DNA of 62,997 bases, counting the filler, from Folioceros fuciformis (lineage: Eukaryota), in assembly GCA_049999805.1 (NCBI GenBank). It is 4 parts of 3 records of this genome, joined end to end, with 100 filler letters (N's around TTAATTAATTAA, not from the genome) between each part and the next. Parts side by side here need not be neighbours in the genome. Positions count along the whole stretch, not along the records: positions 27,967 to 56,015 come from JBNGIO010006173.1; 3 more parts are not named here. One strand, 5' to 3'. The notes under the pieces were generated by a model. It ran no database searches, had not been told where the DNA came from, and worked only from the letters and a program-made list of their open reading frames with translations. Both the position numbers and the translations under genes were made by a program. Below are positions 39,611-53,633 of the stretch, in pieces (position 1 is the first letter of the stretch; each line of letters begins with the position of its first letter).

Positions 39611-40419
39611 ATGTGTCATCTGGTGGCGACCCCATTGTCGAGGCCGCACGCCTTCTCTACTGTGGATAGCACGAGAAGATCGTGCTTCCATTGTTCCGCG
39701 GGCCTCCAGCAAGTGCAGCATGTCGGCTCTGTAGCGGCCAGTGTAGGCAGGGATGACTATGCCTGGAATGGCGCATCACTATCCTTGACCGCCCCACCTC
39801 TGGTCGGGAGGTCGGATTCTTTGGGAATGATGATGGGGGTATCTGCAGATGCGCCTGAGGAGATCACGGACGGGTTTAAGTTCTCTGTTAAGGTGATTCA
39901 GAAGCCTGAGGAAAGGAATTCAGGGGAAGGAGAACAGACCGTGCGCTCCTTCTGGGATGCTCTGGGAAGGGCATTTGAGCCTCCTTTCAGGCAATCCGGC
40001 GAGACGACCGCTGTGATCGAGCAGACGGGAGCTTCTCCATCGTTTTTTGGTATCAAGGGTGGAGCGGATCCTGTGCAGTTCGCTTTGGTCAGGTTAGTGA
40101 CAGGTCCTCCTTGCAGCACCCCAGATGATGTACAGCTACTCCCTTTGGCGTTATGAAATAGGAGCTGACATGCCGGCCCGTCTGCAGTGTAGGACTTATA
40201 TTCGTGTGGTGGCTCGGAAACTACTACGTCCCCGATCAAGTGTTCAAGAACACAGTCTTCAGGAACCAGCCGAAAGACAACGCTTTCAGTGTTGATACAG
40301 GGAAAGGCGAGGCTGAAGTTGACACGTCTGAGCAGATTAACGGATCTCGAGCCTCTGGTTTTTCCGACCAAACCGGAAAGCCCAACAAGAAACCACGGCG
40401 CAAATCCAAGCGAAGCTAA
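39611..40419 (+). CDS. Uncharacterised single-pass membrane protein, probably plastid-targeted, 2 exons (intron 40093-40187)
   Basis: AG|gttagt...ctgcag| splice joins two ORFs in frame, giving the hydrophobic segment VQFALVSVGLIFVWWLGNYYVPD; Ser/Thr/Arg-rich N-terminus; basic C-terminal tail. Confidence 0.65.
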
Positions 40420-41092
40420 GAGTTTTAACTCGCACACTCGTTGCACATGTGCACACCTTGACTCCAGTTTCCAGCCCATTCACATTCAGTCCGGTCTCAA
40501 CCCAGTCACTTTTCAGCTACGAAACAACCACCTGTACTTGGACCACCTGCAAGTCGATCACCAACCACAGACGTCTTCAGCCCCACTCGCCTGCGTAGTC
40601 TCATTTCTCATATTCTCTATCGGAAATGGAGCACAGGACTTCAAGGTCTTGCGTTGTAGCGGAGTTACGCAATTGCTGTCCAATCCCCCTTTGAAGGAAC
40701 AGGGACACGGCACTGTCCCTGAACCACAAATTGAACAGGCCATCAGTAAATACTCGAAGCAGCATCCCTCTCAAGAGTGCTTATTGGACAGTCTTTAAAA
40801 TCAGACACAATTATCTGGGAATCACTTCTTACGTTTCTGCTTTCGCGTGACTCACAGGGAAGCACACAGAAAACTGGATGACGATCTAATCTAAAGGATA
40901 TTGATATCGAGCTCAGCCTAGGTTCCCACCTTCATGACCAAGGAGAACAGAGATAGTTTAGCATTCAAATGTTTCTTTGAAGATTTCAATTTGACTAAAT
41001 GACCTACGTCATGTGTGCCAGATGGTGATAAAGCAGACGCCATGGTCGAAGCCGAGGTCTGCCGTTGGCGAGGTCTGCCTTCGCCTAGCTCC

Positions 41093-42527
41093 TTATCCTG
41101 TTTCTCCCTGTGGCGCAGCGTCCAAGACTCCAACTAAACACTTCTCTAACAAAAATTCAGCGTTCACCCATGCATGGTACTTGTCTTAATAATTAGTTAA
41201 GGATAACAATGCCGTGGCCCACGAACAGGTGGACAAATGCATCGCGAGAAGAGGATACTGAATAAAGACGTGCAGTCCCTCCCTGCACCCTTGATCAGCA
41301 TGTCCCGTCCTGTCAAAAAATGGAGCTACAGTTAGCATATTAAAATAGAGCTTCACATACTGTTCGACACGACTGAAAAACAGGATACAAAGGGCAGACA
41401 CCGCACAGTGTTACAATGCACTTGCCACTTAGCATAGTCTGGTTATCGATTCTCCATCGACCACAATGACGCTCTAGGCGCTTCCCTGGGTTTGCTCGGG
41501 TGAGAAAGCCCAGTTTCGGCATTGAGGTTTACTTTGGCTGGCATGAACACAGCTGTGACTTGGACCAAGAGTCTGACAGTTGTTGGGGAGTTTCCAGCTA
41601 AATGGACCGTCTCACCGGCAATGAAAGCACCCTACTGCCCCTTGTGTTGATGTTAACAACTGTGGAAAGAGAAGGGAATTTGGTTTGGATACCTCCAGGG
41701 TGGAATCTGAGGTAAGGCGAGATGTTGTACACACGGCCACGCAGCACAGTCCATGCATCCTCATCAGTGTTGTGGAGCTTTACCTCTTCCATGGAAATGG
41801 GCCTCCTGCTCGACCGACCCTTCAATCCTGTAGCACAGAAGGGTGTTAGGTTGCTACCACATTGAAAGCAGGTCGTCACCACGACGATGAGATCCAAGAG
41901 CAGCCAAACCTGCGAGATCAGCCTTGGTTTGTGTAAGCTTCAGCCAATCCATCTGACTGTAGCCCTTCTCCAGTGGAACTTTTGCTCGTATCTTTGGTTT
42001 CGGAGGAGGCATCAACAACGCTGTATTCGGTGCAGATGCATCATCACCCGCCTGAAGAAATGGGACATCCGGAGCTCTAGCTGCCAGGGCTCTGGGAGAG
42101 ACCTGTAAAGTCTGAAGGTGATCGAATGTATCTGCAGTGGAAGGACCGGCTTCCTCAGCATGTATGCAAGAATCCTGGCTTGAGATAGAGTAGCCAGACG
42201 ATATCCTTGGCATCATGGTCGGCGACTCCAGATCGTCGGTTCTGATAAGATTATTCCCCTGCAACACAAACATTGGTTGATCAAACTTGCACCTATTTCT
42301 GAGCGAGCGGGAAGATCTAAGGGGACAAGCGCCCGCTGTTGCCAAAGGGTAGCAAGAGGTTGATCCTCCTAGTCACAGATCCATGAACTCAAAGGCAAAG
42401 CTAGCCCAGCCCAGCCAAGGACGGGACGGGACTTTCAGGCGGCACGGCCTGTTCCCATCACCCTAGCCATGGCTTCTCTCTACGCAGGGCACGCATCGAA
42501 TCTAACCTTCAGGAAGGAAAAATCCAT
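41093..42527 (-). CDS. RLF: Cytochrome b5-like heme-binding protein RLF (REDUCED LATERAL ROOT FORMATION), 5 exons
   Basis: MDFSFLK|, [67 protein letters not shown]. Confidence 0.92.
41185..41258 (-). other. U12-type (minor spliceosome) GT-AG intron in RLF
   Basis: 5' splice site GTATCCTCT; branch point TCCTTAAC close to an AAG acceptor with no polypyrimidine tract; removal restores F-N-K-Y-H. Confidence 0.88.
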
Positions 42528-43548
42528 CGCAGCTGCTTCTGTGGTCGTCCTCTCCAGCTCAAATTCGTGCAGACCTCGTGAGCTGTGCTACCTCGTGCTG
42601 TGCTCGCTGTAAGGCCAGAGCCTTGTCCGCGTACAGGAAGAAAAGGAGCGGCAATCGCTACAGGTTTCAATATGCAGGCATATTCTGCTGTTCCTCGTTG
42701 TCCCAGTTACGCTTCCACGGACCATGTGCCTTGCGTTTCGAGGACTGATGACTTTAGGTCGTCTGACATGGTGTCCCTCGAAGTCCTCCGAAGTCCTCCG
42801 AGGTACATATTTGTGCCAATCCCCGCTCGTTCCAACAACGCCAAAGAATATGCAAGCTTTGCTTCCAAGAATTTCCGTTGCCATACAATCAGGGCCTCCA
42901 TAACGAGGCTGGCCTGACGATTGTAGCCTCCTATCACGTATGAGCACAGTGTGAACTTTTCTTTGGGGGCACTGGGTTCTGTCGTTACGTTTTCCAGTTA
43001 CTATCAGCGACGAAGGGCACGACTCCCTTGGTTTTGATCGTACTGATTTACTCGTGGTGGGAAGCGTACATTCTCTGAGCGTGATTAGTGTCTGTTCACA
43101 GATGAGGGAGGACTCCTAGGAGGCCTTCACCTGCAAACCCTTCCCCAGAAGAATGGCATGAAATAACTTGTCTGAGCAAGCTAAAACGCCAACGAACGCA
43201 TCGATAGTAGGCCGATGTCTGTATCTCGTGATCCAGTATGTTGTTCGTAATGCACTGACAAAGGACTCCACACAATACCGAGCAACTGCCTGAGGAAGCT
43301 CGATCTTAACCCCTGGCCCCTGTTGGCGTTGGTTAGGATTATGGCATCTAAACTTACAATCTGTAGCGTGTTTTATGAAAACTGGAAATCCCTACGGGCA
43401 AGCGGTAGATGCATGGAATGCACGTCATGTTAGGTGACCCATCTCCTAAACCCTGGAAATTCCCACCCCACCCTGGCCCGTATGGCTCGGAATTGATTTG
43501 TGTCAGGTTCTGGAGTCTCTGCCTGCCCAGGGCTGGTAGAGTGTCGAA

Positions 43549-46051
<2,503 letters not shown>

Positions 46052-46234
46052 ATTGGTGCCCGAGATAAGTTGCTTGTAAAGATCATCAGTGGTTGAAATG
46101 AACAAAACTTGGCTTTGTGGTGCTGTAAGAACAATCCGAGACCCAAAGCCTAAACTAAAAGTAGTCATCCTGCCATCCTCATCAGTGTGTCTAATCAACA
46201 CTTTGACATCAGAATAGATACGTGGGGGATCCAA

Positions 46235-46869
46235 CTAAACAATCTTCTTTGCGCGCGTGGCAGGATTCTCATCGGCCTCCAAAAACATCATAAACACATA
46301 ACCCATGATCCACACGAGGACAAACCTCCAGGGGACCCAGCAGGCAACGCCAAGAAGACTCAGGATCGACCCGATGTATTGGGGATCCTTCATGTACCCA
46401 AACGGAAAACCGGTCACCCAGGGAATATTCTTTCCGAATCGGACTCCATAGTACACACCAGCTTCCCCCAGTAGATCGTAAACTCTGCATTAAGAGAGAT
46501 GCAAGGCCGAAATAGTATGTGAGACGAACGTCCTGAACTAGAGCAAATCGATGATATAAGAAACTCATAGATGAAACAGCAAGCTCACCTGTAGTTCAAA
46601 AATTGGCCTACGCCAAAGAGCATGACGCAGTACCAAGGGGGCATCCTGGTGATAGAAGCAGCAGAGAGCACTGCTAGGATCTGGGCAACCTTAAGGACCA
46701 GCGACACTTCGGCCATGCGGTGGCTGGGATCCACATCTGTCCCGCAAAACTGCACCCATCGTTGCGGATTGGTCCACAAGTACCAGTAGAAGTAGAAGGG
46801 CGCCAATATGAGGGTCCAAACCACCAAATTGTGCCACCCCACGCTCTCCAGAACCGCGAGAATCCCCAT
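46235..46869 (-). CDS. PLMT: Phospholipid (phosphatidyl-N-methylethanolamine) N-methyltransferase, 2 exons
   Basis: PFYFYWYLWTNPQRW..DPSHRMAEVS..GQFLNY|RVYDLLGEAGVYYGVRFGKNIPWVTGFPFGYMKDPQYIGS. Confidence 0.93.
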
Positions 46870-47019
46870 TGCCTGCCCTGAGTCTGCGATCCCGTCGTCG
46901 GGAGATAGTAAGGTACCCCGTGGCAGCTGCTTGAGTCTGGACTGAAATGGGCGGGAACTCGAACCTCTTAGTAGACGTTTCATGATATGCACGTGGCCAT
47001 CTCGCATTTGGCCCTTCTC

Positions 47020-47028
47020 TTAGGGTTT
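47020..47028. promoter_or_regulatory. Telo-box (TTAGGGTTT) next to a site II-like TTGGCCC in the PLMT/mL53 divergent promoter
   Basis: Motifs seen at 47008-47028, upstream of a ribosomal protein gene. Confidence 0.5.
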
Positions 47029-47170
47029 GGGTTTCCGTTAGGCTGCCTATCCTGGAACTACAGCAAGGCGGAGACTAACGAAATGCACGAGAGTGTATGC
47101 TGAACCGGAAGGTGCAGTCACCACAATCGCGGGGACTTGGACACGACGTCGAGCCCGGGCGGGAGGCAGG

Positions 47171-47518
47171 ATGTTTAAGCATTTGTCGCGGGTGAAGATC
47201 GAGTTCAATCCACTGGACCCTCGGTCGTGTTCCGCGCTGGAGTTTCTTGCACAGTGTAACTCCCGGAAGGCGCGAGCTTCCAACCCTGACTGCGAGGTGG
47301 TGGTGAAGCGACGCACCGACAGTCACCATCCCCAGGTCACCATTACATTCATCAACGGCAAGGAAGAGGTGCTGGATGGATCTAAGCTGCCAGCACAGGT
47401 CATGCGCAATCGCATTTTCGAGCAGGCGGAGTTCATGGAGACGGAGCAGCTGTTTAAGGATTCCGGGTTGGACTTGTCGGGCCACCATCCCTCCAGGGAA
47501 GAGCTGCTCAAGAGCTAG
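47171..47518 (+). CDS. MRPL53: Mitochondrial ribosomal protein mL53, intronless
   Basis: MFKHLSRVKIEFNPLDPRSCSALEFLAQCNSRKARASNPDCEVVVKRRTD, matching plant mL53 from recall. Confidence 0.88.
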   Translation: MFKHLSRVKIEFNPLDPRSCSALEFLAQCNSRKARASNPDCEVVVKRRTDSHHPQVTITFINGKEEVLDGSKLPAQVMRNRIFEQAEFMETEQLFKDSGLDLSGHHPSREELLKS

Positions 47519-47974
47519 TAAGATTTCAGAAATTCTTGTTTGCTCGAGTGGAAGTTAGATTTGTCACTCTCCTCGTACTCTATGAGCAACAGGTAAGATG
47601 GCACGAATCACGGCTCCCTACTTCTGGCCCTCACGTTGGGTCTGACTGAAGACTAGTGCAAAACGCTTGCTGTACAATTGTCGTTGTCACTCGAACATGT
47701 TTTGAGCTGAGAACTGAATCCCAGATGTATGTCTGTGTGACAAAAAAACTGGAGCCCACGACGGTATTCGAAGGCATTACACTAGTTTTCAAGCCGTGTT
47801 GGGGCGGTGCCCAGACAAGATATGCCAGGATTGGTGTCCATAACTGATTGATTTGCCAAGTCTAATTCGTTGAAGAAGTCATCGTGCTTTCGATTAGGTG
47901 GCGCTAGAGAGCGCCGTGCCTTCCCGTCTCTAAATCTTTGGCAATACTTGTGAACAGAAAACATGATCGACAAC

Positions 47975-49220
47975 CTAGGCGAACAATTGAGGATTGAGCC
48001 AGTCCCTACGCAGCACAGAATCGTACAAAGGACAAGAGAAAATCAGAGAACCCCACAGATTGTACAACAAATGAGTACAACATAAGCGGAAAATGAACGG
48101 AAGCAGACTAGTCACCCAACCAACACATCCAGCACTTTTAGATGGCATAAAAAAGACATACTTCGAGACATCGTCCAAATGGTCATCAAAATCCACCACC
48201 AGGTGCTCTCTTCCTTCAGAGATGTAGTCCAAAAGGATGCTATTTGCAGTAGCCTCCTTCAGCTGAAGCTCTCCAGAAATGTGCCACCCTTTTGCACTAT
48301 CACGCACAAACAACTGAAACACAAACCCAAGATGAACCCTCAGGGGCAGAGAAAGGGAGTTGCTGCGTTCAGTGTGCGAGGGAGAGGAGGCGAGCAAGCT
48401 AGGGTAACGGTGCTTCAATCAACAAGTTGATGAGTCTTGCAGCCACTCAACTTTCCAATACCTGAGTCACGGGTTTCGTCTTGTTCTTCGTAGTAAGACC
48501 ACCAAGTAGCTCATGATCAAGCTGCAGAGATATTGCCAGAAAGAAAATCCATATTAGATCAGGTCAGCTCTGCTACAGACATAAAGAGGCTAAGAATCTG
48601 TGAAGCTGAACCCTAAACCCAGAATCGGTGTTTGTGCTCACGTCTGACACTTACCAGGAGTATAATGGCCTCGGGACAATATTGTGCTATCTTGTCGCCA
48701 ATCTTGCGAGCAATAGAGTTCACCTCGGTATCATCAAGCAGCTCATTCCCATGGTAGTAGCCGACGATGGCAAGGTCATCATTCTGTGTTTGTAGATATG
48801 CGTCAACCTGTCCAAAAACAAAATGATTGCTGCTCAGTTTACAGCAAACTCATCGTGACTTGAGATCCATGTTATGCCAGCCAAGAGCTCGGAACTGCTC
48901 GAAACTTCGATTCACAAATCCGACAGTGAAAATTTCATGTCCCTCTCAGCTACCTGAGTGAGAGCGAGCTCAAGCATTGGAAGCAGCCCCAGCTGGCCAT
49001 GAAAGAGCGGCACAGCATCAACAACCTCAACACTGCCATTTCCCTCCGCTCCTTCCGGAAGTGTCTCCTGGCCAGTCACTCTTCCAATGAGGACACCGTT
49101 TACGCCACTCGTTTTGTGCTTGAGCGCGTGCAACACAAGCTTGACGTAGGCAGCCTGAGCAATTTTGAACTGGTTGCCATCTCCCGCCAAGACCTTGGAT
49201 TTGGATCCCGGTGGAGCCAT
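47975..49220 (-). CDS. EMC8: ER membrane protein complex subunit 8/9 homolog (MPN-like), 5 exons
   Basis: AYVKLVLHALKHKTSGVNGVLIG, DAVPLFHG..LPMLELAL, IVGYYHGNE, LVVDFDDHLDDVSK|DWLNP. Confidence 0.94.
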
Positions 49221-50290
49221 GGCGTCCTTCCCGGCTGTGTGCTCGCCTACAAACGGCACCTGCTTGTCCCGCCTTTCCCCCTGGATTCCCAAACCCTTTC
49301 CGGTGCCGCCGAGTTTCTGGTTTGGAATGGCAGAGGTGGCTTGCCGCCAAAACTCTGCTACGCAACCTCTTCAACTTCAATTGCAGAGGTCGTAAACATC
49401 AAACGGCGCCGGTCAGGGCTTTCCTCTTTGTGGGGAGCCGAATAGGGTAGACTACCTACTCGCTGTGTGCGGTCGAACTTAGGCGATCCGTGCTCGGCTC
49501 ACTCAGCATAACTCATCAGGTAGCAACCCCATGAACGAGGCCTACTCTTTCGTCGACAGCAGAAGACCGTGCTTGTGTTTCTCAACAAGCTTCTACCAGT
49601 TGCGGCATGTGAACAGTGCCCAGAATGGGCAGGGACAACACCGACGAATAATTCCCTGGTAGCTCCGCTCCAGGCTAGAAGGCCAGATCCCTGGTCTTTG
49701 ATGATGGTCACCGTCTCCGCAGATGCTTCCGAGCAGATCTCCAGAGGAGACAATCAAGCAATGAGCAGAAGACGTACATGATCGCCCCGTCAAGCCTAGC
49801 TTAAAGTAAGACTTCGTCCATAGGAACTCCATTCAGGGCTCCAAACAGAACTATGTACTACATTCTGGATTCCGTGCCCAAGTGCTTCACTTGCTGGGTG
49901 CAAATGAGGAACTGTCTAGTGAAATCGTTGCAAGCTCATCCATTCTTTGCTGGACTCATCTGTTCAATTATTCCTCAGCATTCCCAGCTAATCCTTCACC
50001 GATGACAAGAAATACGTTGGCTAGAATTCATAACCATTTTTATATCTTATAGCTCCCTTTATACATAGATCATATAGATGACCACCAAAATTAGATCTAT
50101 AGGACTTGATTTGTGCACCAAGCTCTTGAGTATGGTCACAACAGCTTTTGTGACTGCATTCATGTTACAGCTAGATTTCCAAATTATCTATCCTAAAACC
50201 AAATAAAAGAATAACCCAATAAAAATCATCCTTGGATAGGACATATGAGGTACAATTGATAGCTTTATACATTCACTATATTCTTAGACC

Positions 50291-50383
50291 TAATCTAATC
50301 TTTGCAATTCTACGTTGTTTTTAGGATAAATGATTTTAATCTAATCTTTGTAGTTCTACTTTGTTTTTAGGATAAATGATTTT
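50291..50383. repeat. 46-nt tandem duplication in an AT-rich intergenic island
   Basis: taatctaatctttg(ca/ta)(a/g)ttctac(g/t)ttgtttttaggataaatgattt x2. Confidence 0.8.
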
Positions 50384-50585
50384 GTTCTATCTTTTTTTAA
50401 TAAAGTCTTGCGTTTCGTTCCTCTCTAGCTACTCTATGTTAGATGTGAGTTCGATGAAAGTAATTACATACCTTTACCAAGGTTGGGTCTGCAAGGCGTT
50501 TGCAGCAGAGGAGACTTTTACAGGCGAGCATCAACACATTGTTTTGTCCCCGTGGTTCACTTGTTCTCTGGCTGCATCCGCAGCC

Positions 50586-52121
50586 ATGGGGGACGAGGCA
50601 AGATTGAACGTGGATGCCAGCCCGGCGGGTGCCACCGATGGAGATGACGTTGTCGGCCAGGCAGTCGCAGCGGCACTCTCTGTGGACGATGCTGGCCTCG
50701 AATACGAGGTCTCAGAGCACAGCAAGAAGGCCAAGGAGAAGCAAGAGCAGCTGGTGCAGCAGCTGCTTATGCGCCGGAGGGCCACGGCTCTGGCTGTTCC
50801 CACCAACGATGGAGCCGTCCGTGCTAGGTTACGCAGCCTGCAGCAGCCTGTCACGTTGTTTGGGGAGCGGGAGATGGAGAGGAGAGACAGGTTGCGGGCA
50901 GTCATGTCCAGATTGGATGCGGATGGTGAGCTGGATAAGCTGGTGCAGGCGCAGGAAGCGTCCGGGGAAGCACTGGCCGCTGCAGCAGATGATACCGGCG
51001 AGGAGGAGAATATGGAAGCCGAGGCCACGCCACTGCAGCTATTTTACACGGAGGGGAGCACGGATTTGCTGAGGTCACGCAAGGAAATTTTGAGGTTTTC
51101 TCTTCCTAGGGCTCGGGACAGGATTGCTCGGCAGAAGAGGAGGAGGGAGGTTCCTGATGAGGATGAGGGCAGGGAGCTGGAGGAGGTGTTGAAAGCTATG
51201 GCAGAAACGGGCATGGACTGCAGCGAGATTGGGGATGACAGGCCATTGTCAGGGTGTTCCTTCTCTCCAGACGCGTCTTTGCTGGCAACTAGTGGATGGA
51301 GTGGGGTGACCAAGGTGTGGAGCATACCTAGCGTACAGAAGACTCTCACATTGAAAGGTCACACCGAACGGGTCACCGGTGTGGCTTTCAACCCGCAGTC
51401 AGGGCGAACGCTAGGGCCTACTGGAGGCAATATTGCCACTGCTTCAGCTGATCACACAGCTATCGTCTGGAGTTTGGAGGGGGAAAGACTTAGGGTTTTT
51501 AAAGGTCATCTGAGCAGGCTTGGCCGAATTGCCTTTCACCCCTCCGGTGCTTATCTTGGCACGGCCAGCTTCGACAAGACCTGGAGACTGTGGGACGTGA
51601 ACACTGGGGTGGAGTTGCTGTTGCAGGAGGGGCATAGTAGAAGTGTGTATGGCTTAGCTTTTCATGGTGACGGCTCGCTGGCAGCGTCTTGTGGACTGGA
51701 CGCTTTGGCTCGAGTGTGGGACATGCGGACGGGCAGAAGTGTTTTGGCTCTGGAAGGCCATGTTAAACCTGTCTTGAGTGTGGATTTTTCACCCAATGGC
51801 TATCATCTCGCCACCGCTGGCGAGGACCATACGTGCAGGGTTTGGGATTTGAGGAAAAGACAGTGCCTTTACGTCATCCCTGCACACTCTTCGCTTATTT
51901 CTCAGGTGAAGTATGAACCGTTCGAGGGTTATTTCTTGGTGACGGCCTCGTATGACAACACTGCGAAGATATGGTCAGCACGGGATTTCAGGCCGGTGAG
52001 AACGTTAGCGGGCCATGAGGGGAAGGTCATGGGGGTGGATGTGACTGGAGATGGCCAGCACATTGCAACTGTTTCATACGATCGAACCATCAAATTATGG
52101 GCTCATGCAAATGTCATTTGA
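50586..52121 (+). CDS. PRP4: U4/U6 snRNP protein PRP4 (LACHESIS ortholog), SFM motif + WD40, intronless
   Basis: AVPTNDGAVRARLRSLQQPVTLFGEREMERRDRLR, FYTEG, SEIGDDRPLS, multiple GH...WD repeats. Confidence 0.95.
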   Translation: MGDEARLNVDASPAGATDGDDVVGQAVAAALSVDDAGLEYEVSEHSKKAKEKQEQLVQQLLMRRRATALAVPTNDGAVRARLRSLQQPVTLFGEREMERRDRLRAVMSRLDADGELDKLVQAQEASGEALAAAADDTGEEENMEAEATPLQLFYTEGSTDLLRSRKEILRFSLPRARDRIARQKRRREVPDEDEGRELEEVLKAMAETGMDCSEIGDDRPLSGCSFSPDASLLATSGWSGVTKVWSIPSVQKTLTLKGHTERVTGVAFNPQSGRTLGPTGGNIATASADHTAIVWSLEGERLRVFKGHLSRLGRIAFHPSGAYLGTASFDKTWRLWDVNTGVELLLQEGHSRSVYGLAFHGDGSLAASCGLDALARVWDMRTGRSVLALEGHVKPVLSVDFSPNGYHLATAGEDHTCRVWDLRKRQCLYVIPAHSSLISQVKYEPFEGYFLVTASYDNTAKIWSARDFRPVRTLAGHEGKVMGVDVTGDGQHIATVSYDRTIKLWAHANVI

Positions 52122-53633
52122 AAACGGGACTTGTGGAGTCTGATCTGATATGCTGCTGCTCTGCAACTTCGTAAGCATATACTTCTGTGACGACGGTCTT
52201 TTTGTTGAGTTCAAGGGTGGTAGAGCGCGATGCCGGAGTATCGGTGATGGAGATGGAGAGCCTGTGACGTTGATCGCCTGTGCGGATGTTGCGCTCCAGT
52301 TCTCCCAACACGTTAGAGTTACAGTGGGAGAGGCGCCGAGAAGGAGGATCAGGCATTGCCGACCCCTTGAGGGATCCTGGGACGCGGTATTCTAGCAAAC
52401 TCAATTTTGATAGAGAGGCTTTGAAGGTTGCTGCTATTAGTCATAACGGTGCAAGCATGACAAGATGTGCATCTGGCTGAAATCGTTGCATGGCAGAGGC
52501 TGATGAGTTGGCTGTCATGTGTATGTGGTCGGATATCTTAGCAGGGAGTAATGTTCCAGACAATGCTCTGAGTGAGCACGCGTTTCAGGCCGTTGCCTCC
52601 GTCTCAAGACACAGTAATCTCTGCTGGATGTATGTCGCTTCAAGAGAGTACAATCCCTGAGCTCTCTGGCAAGGCCAACTATGGATTCACAAGAATCGAA
52701 ATGGTTCACGTGGCCGGTGATGCTGAGCGATGCCTGTAAGTTGGTGTTGCGATGCGGACGATTAAAATTCCTGTGCTGGAGGCTTAAAAAATTGGTGACT
52801 TTCAGTGGGGCACTCTGGGGTGATACGCTCTGATCCTTCTCTCCGAAATTGTCACTGCACTTCCCCAAAGATCCGGAGCACGATGACTCTGTCTCAGGCA
52901 TACGCGACGCACGCGTGACTCGTCTTGAAACCTGCGGGGGTTCCGGAACTGTATTATGCACGAGCTCATGTACACACACGATGGCGGTATCCTTTATGGA
53001 TAAAGGACCTGCCAGGCTACGATGAATTTAGTTGTCGCGCTGCAACCCCTTCAGTCTAGGAGGCAGCTGGCCCCCACACTCCGAGACAGGGTGCCAATTT
53101 AAGCAAGTCGGAACGCATCCACCCCGGCGTGATGGCGACAGCAAGTCGGGGGAGACGGGGGCGGCACACTATATTGGGGAGTAGCAGGGCGACATGGCCG
53201 TCCCACCGAGCAACTAAACGTTTCTTGATTCGTTGCGTGTAAGACTGGTTTTGTGGAACGTTGGTAATGTTCGGATGTCTACGAGCGATGAGTGAGGATG
53301 CCAGCCTTGAATTTGTCGTTCTGGACCTCAAACTTCGAGGTTCCTGTCCTTGTACATGGTCCGCAGCTTCATATTCTGAGAAAAAGCCCACTGCCAAGAT
53401 GATAACATTAGCCACGATGCTTCCTCGAGATTCCTGGCCCTCACGACAAATGATGGAATCAGACATTGGTTTAGCCTATGGGAACGGTAGGAAAGCAAGA
53501 CTTGTCATTCTCATGAATAAGACTGGCACCCGTCCTTCTAGTTGGCAAGGCCGGCAAGCTGATTGATGCATCTCCAGGAGGCATGCTTTGAACAAATCTC
53601 TGTGCTGCAAGCGACCACCATTTTCTCACAGCC

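Noticed and set aside
42588-42947. Short minus-strand ORFs upstream of RLF (possible uORFs)
   Set aside because: No recognisable conserved peptide and no evidence that they are in the mRNA.
50376-50585. 70-aa N-terminal extension of PRP4 in the ORF track
   Set aside because: Starts inside an AT-rich tandem duplication; ATG 50586 has a good GCCATGG context.
52515-53566. ORFs of 100-150 aa between PRP4 and the P450
   Set aside because: No motif could be recognised in any frame.
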